Origin: a virus
Reading direction: 5' to 3' (one strand)
Virus record (IMG/VR): IMGVR_UViG_3300044712_000982
Span: 21,373-85,372 of that record
Length of the DNA: 64,000 nt
Part shown: positions 1 to 8,492 of the stretch, in pieces
How positions within the stretch are numbered: the stretch's first letter is position 1
Layout of the letters: each line of letters starts with the position of its first letter
Program-made: the position numbers and the translations under genes
The notes under the pieces: model-generated
What the model was told of the DNA's origin: nothing
The model's input: the letters and a program-made list of their open reading frames with translations, nothing else
Database searches by the model: none

Positions 1-1
1 C

Positions 2-235
2 TGCGCCGGAGGCGTGTCATGCCCACACCGTCGTTGCGTCAACCCATGGCATCTAGAACCCGTCACGAAGGAAGAGAACGCACGTCGCAGCAATAAGCCC
101 AAGCGATCCAGTTGCCCACATGGACATGAATACAGTACCGAGAATACATACATAAATAAGCTCGGTAGACAAGTTTGCAGAACGTGCGCAAAGCGTTCTC
201 AGCAGAGATACGAGCAGCGACGGAAGGTGGCATAA
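2..235 (+). CDS. HNH endonuclease, 5' truncated by window edge
   Basis: HRRCVNPWHLEPVTKEEN HNH motif followed by CPHGH...CRTC zinc finger; AT-richer than flanks. Confidence 0.75.
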   Translation, partial: CAGGVSCPHRRCVNPWHLEPVTKEENARRSNKPKRSSCPHGHEYSTENTYINKLGRQVCRTCAKRSQQRYEQRRKVA

Positions 236-711
236 TGGCGGGCGACACTCCGATAACGATTCATGGCAACATTACGGGCGACATCGATCTACGCTTTACA
301 CCAAGCGGTGCCGCGACATGCAAGTTCACCGTCGCGTCGACACCACGACGCTTCGACAAGAACGCGAACACATGGGTCGACGGCGACCCGCTGTTCATGC
401 GCTGCACCGCATGGCGGCAACTCGCAGAGAATATCGCTGAGAGTACCGGCAAGGGGTCCCGAGTCATCGTTTCTGGCAATCTCAAGCTGGAGCGATGGGA
501 AAGCAAGGAAGGCGAAAAAAAATCCGCGCTCGTCTTGGAGGTCGACGACTTCGGGCTGTCGCTGAAGTTCGCGACAGGGAAGGTGCAGCGCATGGCGCGC
601 ACATCCGGCGGTGGCACGTCTGGCGGTGGCAGCGCGGCTGCTGGTGACGATCCGTGGGCGTCGTCGAAGCCAACCGGCGGGTCGGGCTTCGACGACCAGC
701 CGCCGTTCTGA
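235..711 (+). CDS. ssb: single-stranded DNA-binding protein
   Basis: MAGDTPITIHGNITGDIDLRFTPSGAA, WRQLAENIAES, Gly-rich linker, acidic DDQPPF tail; ATG overlaps upstream TAA. Confidence 0.95.
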   Translation: MAGDTPITIHGNITGDIDLRFTPSGAATCKFTVASTPRRFDKNANTWVDGDPLFMRCTAWRQLAENIAESTGKGSRVIVSGNLKLERWESKEGEKKSALVLEVDDFGLSLKFATGKVQRMARTSGGGTSGGGSAAAGDDPWASSKPTGGSGFDDQPPF

Positions 712-730
712 GCTGCTGAGACGTTGCGTG

Positions 731-748
731 GGCCGGGGTGACCCGGCC
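731..748 (+). terminator. GC hairpin after ssb
   Basis: GGCCGGG-gtga-CCCGGCC, weak T tract. Confidence 0.35.
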
Positions 749-778
749 TCGCCTGTTTGATCCACAACATAGACGGGG

Positions 779-1057
779 ATGATCATGAGAGTTTTGAGGC
801 GAACACCAGGACACCCAGACGAATGGCGCACCCAAGGCGCCTGCCAAGGACAAGACCCACTCCTGTTCTGGCCAGACGACGAACGCGGCAAAACCCGCGA
901 ACACATCAACAAGCAAGCCAAAAGCATCTGCAGCGAATGCGACGTCCTCCACAAATGCTTCGCATGGGCCATCCGCAACGAACGATACGGAACATGGGGC
1001 GGCCACACCGAAGAAGAACGCTCAAAAATACGGCGCAAAGCAGGGGCTGCCGCATGA
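779..1057 (+). CDS. whiB: WhiB-family Fe-S transcription regulator
   Basis: W..QGAC, AKSICSECDVLHKC, YGTWGGHTEEER (four Cys plus the G-x-W-G-G turn). Confidence 0.92.
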   Translation: MIMRVLRRTPGHPDEWRTQGACQGQDPLLFWPDDERGKTREHINKQAKSICSECDVLHKCFAWAIRNERYGTWGGHTEEERSKIRRKAGAAA

Positions 1058-1416
1058 GACCAACAGCAAATCCGAGACCGCGATGCCGATGCGGCAATCT
1101 CGCGCGGCTCGACTACGACACGTGCTGGGGCTGCTGGACACCACCCAACGACACCGTCAACGGCGAGCCCGAATGGCTGCCGCCAGATTGTGACGCCGCC
1201 GACGAACCAAACGCACTACCGGCCGCAGCACGCAGACAAGACCGCCGCATCAACCGGCCCATCGCCGACGACGACCGGGAACGAATCATCGCAGCATGGC
1301 AACAAATCCCGACCCTTGCCCACGTCGCAGCAGCCACCCACCGGTCCACCACCACCGTCGCGAAGATCCTGCATGAGTCCGGCATCCGCCCACTCCGAAC
1401 CAAGGCAACGCCGTGA
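1054..1416 (+). CDS. hypothetical protein with Zn ribbon and C-terminal HTH
   Basis: CRC..CWGC; LAHVAAATHRSTTTVAKIL; ATGA coupling. Confidence 0.55.
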   Translation: MRPTANPRPRCRCGNLARLDYDTCWGCWTPPNDTVNGEPEWLPPDCDAADEPNALPAAARRQDRRINRPIADDDRERIIAAWQQIPTLAHVAAATHRSTTTVAKILHESGIRPLRTKATP

Positions 1417-1856
1417 ACTGCCCACTCTGCGGATGCGAGATGACACAGCTCATCGGCGACGTGTGTCCGCTCTGCTGGATCCCGCCACTCGCCCACCGCG
1501 CCCCCGACGCCCGTCCGGCGAAGAGACCACCGAAACGCACCAGCGCCGCCGAGGTGGCAGAGATCATGCGACGCCACGCCGCAGGGCACTCCCCCGCCAG
1601 GATCGCCGCCGCGCTCGGCCGCGCCTACTCGACGGTGTGCATGATCCTCGGCGACCAGCACCAGCGCCGTGTGCGGGTGCCCGTCGACAAGGCGGAGACA
1701 CGCAGGATCATCGCCGCCTACGGCCGTCCAGGCGCAACCGTCAAAACGCTCGCGCCTGTGTTCTGCCGCGACCAGGCGACTATCGCCGCCGTGCTACGGG
1801 ATGCCGGGGTGCTGCGCTCGGTGGGCGGCGACCGCAAAACACGGAGGAGCAGTTGA
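1413..1856 (+). CDS. Zn-ribbon and tandem HTH protein
   Basis: CPLC..CPLC; SPARIAAALGRAYSTVCMIL; second HTH-like segment. Confidence 0.6.
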   Translation: MNCPLCGCEMTQLIGDVCPLCWIPPLAHRAPDARPAKRPPKRTSAAEVAEIMRRHAAGHSPARIAAALGRAYSTVCMILGDQHQRRVRVPVDKAETRRIIAAYGRPGATVKTLAPVFCRDQATIAAVLRDAGVLRSVGGDRKTRRSS

Positions 1857-2104
1857 ACACACCACCAAATCCAATCAAGTCGATCAACATTCGGCTTGGG
1901 GTGGCGGCCCGGCGCCGCCAACTCCGCGAACAACTCGGACTCACGCCGCAACAACTCGCCGCGCGGATCTTGGTTACGCCGCAACTCCACGTCAGCGCAG
2001 AAACCCTGACCGACTGGGAGAACGCCGCCTACTGGCCGATGCCCGACGTGTCCGAGAAGTGGCGGCAGGCACTCCGCAACGCACAACGACGGAGGCGACG
2101 TTGA
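1853..2104 (+). CDS. XRE-family HTH protein
   Basis: LREQLGLTPQQLA...ETLTDWEN; TTG start overlapping upstream stop. Confidence 0.65.
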   Translation: MNTPPNPIKSINIRLGVAARRRQLREQLGLTPQQLAARILVTPQLHVSAETLTDWENAAYWPMPDVSEKWRQALRNAQRRRRR

Positions 2105-2243
2105 ACCGACTCGGCCCGAACGATCGCGAACCCGGCGACTCCCCCGGATCCCGGATGTGGCACGCCGCGCACGGATATGACTGCACGGCGCCGTGCCGGC
2201 ATCGACCCGAACTGGTCGACGACGCAGAGGACGGCGAGGGGTC

Positions 2244-2462
2244 GTGACCTACGTCGATCCGGTCGTCGCCGCGCTGACAGCCGAACGCAAACGCCGACGC
2301 TGGACACACGAACAGCTCGCGAAACGCGCCCGCGTCGGGAGAAGCACCATCTCCCGCTTCGAGGCCGGGCGGCACTCGCCGACGCTCGTGGTGGTACGCG
2401 CCATCGCAACGGCGCTGGGGCGGAACATCGCGCTGCCGGAACAGCAGGTGATACGCGAGTGA
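2244..2462 (+). CDS. XRE-family HTH (Cro-like) regulator
   Basis: WTHEQLAKRARVGRSTISRFEAGRHSPTL. Confidence 0.85.
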   Translation: MTYVDPVVAALTAERKRRRWTHEQLAKRARVGRSTISRFEAGRHSPTLVVVRAIATALGRNIALPEQQVIRE

Positions 2463-2518
2463 GGTGGACACGCACGTGTGGCCCGGCCGGATGGTCGGGC
2501 TATGCGGCGTTGCAGGGG

Positions 2519-2758
2519 TCAGACCGGTTTTCCTTCGGCGATTCGCTTCGCGCGCGTGTCTGCGCGCCATCTCCGGATCGGCCCGCGCTTCTTCCCGGGC
2601 AGAGGTGTTGCCGGATGCTCCGCGCGCCACTCCATGTAGTCCCGGATGTCTTGAGCGCGGCCGAGGTCTCCTGTGACCTCGGTGTAGGCATCGAAGATCG
2701 GCGCGGGTACGCGGAAGCGACGGACGTCGGTCGTTGTCTTCTCCGCTTCCTCGGACAT
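2519..2758 (-). CDS. small ribbon-helix-helix-like regulator, copy 1
   Basis: RRFRVPAPIF strand-helix pattern; paralog of 6664-6867 sharing D-R-Y-EW...P-TPLPG-RGP. Confidence 0.6.
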   Translation of the reverse strand: MSEEAEKTTTDVRRFRVPAPIFDAYTEVTGDLGRAQDIRDYMEWRAEHPATPLPGKKRGPIRRWRADTRAKRIAEGKPV

Positions 2759-2827
2759 GGGCCGAGGGTACGACAGTTGCCCTCCGGATGTCTACAACCG
2801 CGACCACATCGACGTCTGGCGTGTGGC

Positions 2828-2864
2828 TTGATTTGTGGCACACCAGCAGCTACGTTTGTGGCAC
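2828..2864 (+). promoter_or_regulatory. sigma70-type promoter of the modification operon with overlapping direct repeats
   Basis: TTGATT-17 nt-TACGTT; TTTGTGGCAC at 2832-2841 and 2855-2864. Confidence 0.55.
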
Positions 2865-2889
2865 CAAAACTGATCACACTGGAGGCAGC

Positions 2890-4046
2890 GTGAGAGACGC
2901 CGAACTGTGCGCCGGCTTCGGGGGCTTGCACCTCGGCCTCCAACTCGCCGGACTCCCCGTCCATCTCGCGTGGTACGCCGAAAACGACCCCGCACCATCC
3001 GTCGTCATGGCCACCCACCACCCCGACACCCCCAACATCGGCGACATCACCACCGCCAACTGGGACGCAGCCGAACCGGTCGACATCCTCTGCGCCGGAT
3101 TTCCATGCCAGCCGTTCTCCCTCGCAGGGAAACGGCGCGGATCAGCCGACGAACGTCACCTCTGGCTCACCGGCGTGCTCCCCGCGATCACGACGCTTGA
3201 GCCCGAGGTCTTCTTCGGCGAGAACGTCCCCGGGCTGCTCACCATCGAACGCGGCGAGGTTTTCCGCGCGATCCTCACCGACCTCACCGCGCGCAACTAC
3301 ACCATCCGCTGGACCACCATCGGCGCCTGCAAAGTCGGCCTGTGCCACCACCGGCACCGCGTCTTCATCCTCGCAACCCGCCAGATCGGCGAACTCCCAC
3401 CCGAGTTGGGCATGCCGATCTCGGCCTGGTCCAGGGGCCGCAGCCGCAACCCGTGGCCGCGCGACGGAGTATGCGCGGGCGGCGAAGTGTGGGACGAACC
3501 TACCGACCACTGCCACAAGACCGGCCTACTGCCCACCCCGACCGCGACACCGTACGGCAACAACCAGACCGACAGCCCGGGTGCCGCCGTGCGCCCATCA
3601 CTCGACGCCCTCGCGCCACTCCTACCGACGCCACGCGCATCCGACGGCGAAAAGGGCGGCCCGAACCAGCGCGGATCATCCGGCGACCTCGCCCTACCCG
3701 CCGCCGTGCAGCCCGAACGGTGGGGCCAGTACGCCGAGGCCGTGTGGCGACACGAACTCATCACCGGCATGCGCGCACCCGACCCGACCATCACCGGCAA
3801 ACGCGGCGGACGTCGCCTCAATCCGGAGCTCACAGAGTGGATGCAAGGGCTACCGGCCGGGTGGATCACCGGCTCGATCCTGCCCGACAAGGACCCGCGT
3901 CCGGACCGCATCGACCGGAACGCCGCTAACAAGATCGCTGGAAACGGCGTGGCTGTTCCCGCCGTGGCTGCCGCCGTGCGCCGGCTACTCGACCGTGCTG
4001 GCTGGGCCGCGCTGCCATCCCAACCCGCACCGGAGGTGCAGCATGA
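2890..4046 (+). CDS. DNA (cytosine-5) methyltransferase; no in-frame stop at the expected end
   Basis: LCAGFGG (motif I), GFPCQPFS (IV), ENV (VI), HRHRVFIL (VIII), GNGVAVP (X); end set at the out-of-frame TGA 4044-4046, while the frame itself stays open to 5595. Confidence 0.9.
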
Positions 4047-4546
4047 GCAAGTTTCTATACGCGTTCGGCGCGTCGGTCGCCTACCTCGGCACGATCGTTG
4101 CCGCGAACTGGGCCATCGCAACGTTCGGCGCGGTCCCGGTCGGGTTCGGGCTCGTAGCACCCGCTGCGGTCTGGTTCGCAGGTCTCGCGTTCACGCTCCG
4201 GGACCTACTTCACGACGCAGCCGGACGCTGGGCGGTGCTCGCCGCAACTGCTGTCGGTGCGGTCTTGTCGGCCGCCGTCGCGGGTCCGGCCATGGCGCTG
4301 GCATCGGGCGTCGCGTTCGGCGTATCGGAGCTGGCGGACTTTGCCGTCTATGCCCCGTTGCGCCGTCGCCGCTGGCTCCTCGCCGTGGCCGCATCCAACG
4401 CATTCGGACTCGTGGCCGATTCGCTGCTGTTCCTCTGGCTGGCGTTTGGGTCGCTCGCGTTCCTGCCGGGCCAGATCGTCGGCAAAACCTGGATGACGAT
4501 CCTCGCCGTCGCAGTCCTCGCAGTGTGGCGGAGGTGCCGCAGGTGA
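4043..4546 (+). CDS. VUT/YhhQ-family (queuosine precursor type) membrane transporter
   Basis: Multi-TM protein with AANW, LAFTLRDL, FGVSELADFAVY, SNAFGLVADSLLFL, GQIVGK; GGAGG RBS. Confidence 0.8.
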   Translation: MSKFLYAFGASVAYLGTIVAANWAIATFGAVPVGFGLVAPAAVWFAGLAFTLRDLLHDAAGRWAVLAATAVGAVLSAAVAGPAMALASGVAFGVSELADFAVYAPLRRRRWLLAVAASNAFGLVADSLLFLWLAFGSLAFLPGQIVGKTWMTILAVAVLAVWRRCRR

Positions 4547-5392
4547 GGCTCTACCTCGGCGTGGACGTCGGCTGGCTCAACCGGCCCGAGATGGCTGGTA
4601 CGCCGCGCTGCGTCTCCCGCAACCGACTCGCCGGGCGTCGCAGCATCCAGCGCGCCAACGGGCCGATCCTCATCGACTCCGGTGCTTTCACCGAACTCAA
4701 AACCCACGGCCGGTGGCGCATCACCCCCGCAGAATACGTCGCCGAGGTGCGCCGCTACGTCGCAGCGATCGGGCCAGACAACGTCGTGGCCGTCGGGCCG
4801 ATGGACTGGATGTGCGAGTCCGTGGTCATCGACGGAGGCGTCACGAAAGACGGGCGCTTCGCCGGTACTCGTGCGGCCATCGGCATGCCAGACGCGAGCC
4901 TCGACGAGTGCATCGCTGAGCATCAGCGCCGCACCGTCGCCAACTACCTCGAACTCCGGGCGCTCGCGCCTGACCTGCCGATCATGCCCGTCTTGCAGGG
5001 CTCGACCCTCGACCAGTACCTCCGCTGCGTCGACATGTACCGGACGGCTGGTGTTGAACTGCGCACGGTGCCGCTCGTCGGGCTCGGCTCCGTCTGTCGA
5101 CGGCAGGCGTCGGACGAGATCGACCTGATCGTCACCACCCTCGAATCGCTCGGGATGTCCCTGCACGGGTTCGGCGTCAAGTCCGGCGGACTCGCCGCGT
5201 ATGGGCCGCTCCTCACCTCCGCCGACTCGATGGCCTGGTCCTACGGCGCCCGGAAACGCGGCGGCCGGTGCGTCCACGGGCTTGTCAGGTGGGAGACCAA
5301 CTGTCCCGCGTGGGCTGCCGCGTGGTGGCGCCGAACCACGGCACGTATCAACTGCGCGCAACCCGCGCTCGACCTTTGGAGTGCCGTCATGA
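4543..5392 (+). CDS. tRNA-guanine transglycosylase-fold (DpdA-like) protein
   Basis: ILIDSGAFTEL, PMDWMCE, IMPVLQG, GLGSVCRR, LHGFGVK, SADSMAWS; frame continues into 5389-5595. Confidence 0.7.
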
Positions 5393-5595
5393 CCGTCACC
5401 GCCACGTGGACGCGCCCCACGTGCGACACCTGCCGCGCGGTCTACACCCCGACCGGCCCGTACTGGGACGGCACCAACGACCGCATCGACGCCATGGCCC
5501 GCGCCGCCGGTTGGGGCATTGCCGTTGGTGTCACCCACGGTGGGCGCCCGTATGCGGCAGCGGCGTGCCCGACCTGCCGCCGTGGTGGTGCATGA
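5389..5595 (+). CDS. small Cys-rich protein, in frame with the TGT-like gene
   Basis: CDTC..CPTC; own GGAG RBS and ATG. Confidence 0.45.
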   Translation: MTVTATWTRPTCDTCRAVYTPTGPYWDGTNDRIDAMARAAGWGIAVGVTHGGRPYAAAACPTCRRGGA

Positions 5596-5999
5596 TGGGC
5601 GGCCAGCGAATCTCCAGCCAGCGGGTCGCCGAACTCGTCGCCCACTACCGACGGCACCGGTCAGCAGCCGCGGCGGCTCGATCTGTCGAGTGCTCCACAA
5701 GCGCCGCGATCAAGCACCTGCGCGCGGCCGGCATTGGGGTAACGTCGCCACCCCCGCCGGTCCGGACCGTGTGGGTCGACTTCGATAGCGCCGCGTTCTT
5801 CGCCGCCGTCGACGATGCCCGGCGCGAGCGGGGCGTGTCGTGGCGGACCGTGCTCGTCGAGGCCGGCATCAAGGGCGCTTCGTTCATCACCCGGTTTACT
5901 GGCGGGCAGACCCCGGATGCCAACAATTTGGTGCGTCTGCTGGCGTGGCTCGGCACGACCGACATGGGCCCGTACATGCGTAGCCGTGGTGATGCGTGA
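5592..5999 (+). CDS. double-HTH protein
   Basis: SAAAAARSVECSTSAAIKHL; RGVSWRTVLVEAGI...TPDANNLVRLLAWL. Confidence 0.6.
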   Translation: MMGGQRISSQRVAELVAHYRRHRSAAAAARSVECSTSAAIKHLRAAGIGVTSPPPPVRTVWVDFDSAAFFAAVDDARRERGVSWRTVLVEAGIKGASFITRFTGGQTPDANNLVRLLAWLGTTDMGPYMRSRGDA

Positions 6000-6607
6000 T
6001 GCCCGTGGCTTTGTTCCCGCCGGTCACCCACGGCGGCGCCGACCCGCGGCACTACGCCGACGCTGTGCCGCTGACGGAGGCGTTGCGGTGGATGCGCGGC
6101 CCGGGTAACGCGCGCTGGCATCGGGTCAGGTGGGGCGTCCGGCACGGCGACCACGTCAGTTGGTCGTACTGGTGCAACCCCGCGTCGTCGTTCAAGCTCG
6201 GCGGCCCGTACCAGCTCGACGAGTTGGCCGACGGCGAACCGACGTGCGCGAGGTGCGTCGAGCTGGCCGAGCGTCACGACCAGGACGGCATTCCCCTCGA
6301 CGTCGACCGGTACCGGCAGTGGGCTGATCTCGCACGCCGCCCCGCCGTCTGCCCCGGGTCGCGGCGGGCCGAACTGTGCCGGCCCTTTGACGAGACGCTG
6401 CGGGTCGGAGTGTGCCTCGCCTGCGGCGTCACCGAACAGGTCCGGCCGTACAGCGGCTACACCCGGTCCAGCTACGGGCTCGCGCGACACGCCCCGAATT
6501 TGGAGTTGCTCGACCCGTGCCCGTGGCACGAGTGGCGAGACGTGGTCGCCGTGGGTGAGGCGGCCGGGTGCAGGTGCGGATGGCATCAACGGGAGGCGCT
6601 GGAGTGA
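5996..6607 (+). CDS. hypothetical Cys/His-rich phage protein
   Basis: Coupled ORF, several CxxC motifs. Confidence 0.5.
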   Translation: MMPVALFPPVTHGGADPRHYADAVPLTEALRWMRGPGNARWHRVRWGVRHGDHVSWSYWCNPASSFKLGGPYQLDELADGEPTCARCVELAERHDQDGIPLDVDRYRQWADLARRPAVCPGSRRAELCRPFDETLRVGVCLACGVTEQVRPYSGYTRSSYGLARHAPNLELLDPCPWHEWRDVVAVGEAAGCRCGWHQREALE

Positions 6608-6663
6608 CGTGTGTATATGCAGATAGCCCGACCTTCACTAGGTCGGGCTGTTGGCGTTGGTGG

Positions 6664-6867
6664 TCAGGCGTTCGCGCTGGTGGACTTGTTCCTCACGACT
6701 GGTCCGCGGCGCCGGCCGGGCAGCGGCGTGCGGGGATTGTCGACGCGCCACTCGATGTAGGCCCGCAGGTCGGCGGCTCTGCCGTGGTTTCCGACGACTC
6801 CGGCGTACTCGGCCCACAGCTCGGCGTTGACGCGGATTCCGCGCATTTCGCTTTCTGTCTTGGCCAC
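6664..6867 (-). CDS. small ribbon-helix-helix-like regulator, copy 2
   Basis: RGIRVNAELW; paralog of 2519-2758. Confidence 0.6.
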   Translation of the reverse strand: MAKTESEMRGIRVNAELWAEYAGVVGNHGRAADLRAYIEWRVDNPRTPLPGRRRGPVVRNKSTSANA

Positions 6868-6935
6868 GTCTTGAGGGTAGCTGGACTGGTCAAAGAGGTC
6901 AACAAGTGGTCATACGAACAGTTGTACATCACAGC

Positions 6936-6964
6936 TTGACTGACTTGTCATTTAGCAATACATT
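6936..6964 (+). promoter_or_regulatory. sigma70-type promoter of the replication operon
   Basis: TTGACT-17 nt-TACATT in an AT-rich intergenic region. Confidence 0.7.
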
Positions 6965-6999
6965 TGTGTAGTCGATCACGGAGCGAGGGGAACCGCCCG

Positions 7000-7899
7000 A
7001 TGGCACGAACGGAAGCGCCGCAGGACCTGAGGCCGTACGTCCGGGTCATGACGGACCTGCCGCTTCACCCCAAACTGGCGCCCCTCGACAACCCGGCCGC
7101 CGGATGGACCTACGTCGTCTCGCTCTGCTACTGCGGCCAGAGCCTCACCGACGGGCACTTCCCCGTCGCCGCCGTGTTACGTCTGGCCGGCACCGACAAG
7201 GACGTGGCGGAGGCACTTGTCGAGCAGGGACTATGGCACTTGCCAGGACACGACTGCGAAGAATGCGACCAGCCGCGCTCCGGGCAGGCCGTCGTGCACG
7301 ACTACCTCAAACACCAGCGGTCATCGGCCGAAGCGCGCGACCTGAGCGAAAAGCGCCGAGAGGCAGGTCGACGCGGGGCAAAGGCCCGATGGGGATCACG
7401 ATCCGACGATGCCGACATGGCAAATGCTATGGCAAATGCCATGCCAAGTGCTGAGCAAGTGCCATGGCAAAACGATGGCAACGTGATGGCAGAGGAGAGT
7501 AGAGGAGAGAAGAAGAGAGAAGAGAAGAACAAGAAGACTTCGTCTTCTTCTCGTCGGAGAACCGACGAGCCTCCTCGACCAGACGTCGACCGACTCTGCG
7601 CACATCTCGTCGACAAGATCGTCAGCAACGGCTCTCGGCGTCCGACCATCACGAAGGCATGGCGGGATGCCGCCCGACTCATGCTCGACCGCGACGGCCG
7701 CACCGTCGAGCAGGTGATCAAAGCCATCGACTGGTGCCAGCGTGACGAGTTTTGGCGCGTCAACATCCTGTCGATGCCGACCCTGCGCGAAAAGTACGAC
7801 CGACTCCGACTCTCGGCGCAGCGCTCAGCCACCAACCAACCGTACGAAAACCCTCAAAACGAAGACGATTACGACGCGTGGAAAGGACCAAAGCCGTGA
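7000..7899 (+). CDS. phage replication initiator (lambda O/DnaD-like organisation)
   Basis: N-terminal HPKL...DGHFP, VHDYLKHQ; C-terminal AIDWCQRDEFWRVNILSMPTLREKYDRL; internal repeats; sits upstream of loader and helicase. Confidence 0.75.
   Translation: MARTEAPQDLRPYVRVMTDLPLHPKLAPLDNPAAGWTYVVSLCYCGQSLTDGHFPVAAVLRLAGTDKDVAEALVEQGLWHLPGHDCEECDQPRSGQAVVHDYLKHQRSSAEARDLSEKRREAGRRGAKARWGSRSDDADMANAMANAMPSAEQVPWQNDGNVMAEESRGEKKREEKNKKTSSSSRRRTDEPPRPDVDRLCAHLVDKIVSNGSRRPTITKAWRDAARLMLDRDGRTVEQVIKAIDWCQRDEFWRVNILSMPTLREKYDRLRLSAQRSATNQPYENPQNEDDYDAWKGPKP
7417..7537. repeat. putative replication origin: iterons plus purine tract inside the initiator gene
   Basis: ATGGCA(A) five times plus one ATGCCAA, followed by an A/G tract of about 45 nt. 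Confidence 0.55.
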
Positions 7900-8492
7900 C
7901 ATCCACGGAGACCTTCGACATGGTCGGACTGCGGACCGAACAGGCCCGCCATAATCTCGCCAAGATCCCCGTCATGTTCACCGACGAGATCGACATCCAC
8001 CCCGAGATCCGGGCATGGGTCGACAGCTACGCCGGCGACCCACAGACAACCCCGTCGATCGTCCTCTCCGGTCCGACCGGAGTCGGCAAGACCCACCAGG
8101 CATACCAGGCGATCCGCGAAGCCAGCCGAGCCCGCGCCGCAAACGGCAAGGCAACCTTCTGGCTCGCCACCAGCCACCCCGACCTCAACGCCACCCAACG
8201 CGTTGGCGCCGACCCAGACACCTCGCCAACCGTCGCCCTCGCCCGCTACATCAACGTCGACCTCCTCCTACTCGATGACGTCGGGGCGGGCAAGCAGACC
8301 GACTGGACTGCCGACACGCTCTACCGGCTCATCGACCACCGGTGGTCGAACCTGCGCCCAACGATCTACGCCACCAACCTCACCCCAAAGCAGATCACCG
8401 CGACACTCGGCGACCGCGTCGCATCCCGCATCGCCGACGCCATCCAGGTCATCATCAAGGGCGACGATCGACGCTGGGGGCGCGCCCGGTGA
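7896..8492 (+). CDS. DnaC/IstB-like AAA+ helicase loader
   Basis: SGPTGVGKT Walker A, LLLLDDVG Walker B, LIDHRW, TIYATNL, LGDRVASR. Confidence 0.9.
   Translation: MTSTETFDMVGLRTEQARHNLAKIPVMFTDEIDIHPEIRAWVDSYAGDPQTTPSIVLSGPTGVGKTHQAYQAIREASRARAANGKATFWLATSHPDLNATQRVGADPDTSPTVALARYINVDLLLLDDVGAGKQTDWTADTLYRLIDHRWSNLRPTIYATNLTPKQITATLGDRVASRIADAIQVIIKGDDRRWGRAR

Noticed and set aside
2519-2758. RHH genes as antitoxins of type II toxin-antitoxin pairs
   Set aside because: No adjacent recognisable toxin; they face promoters of large operons instead
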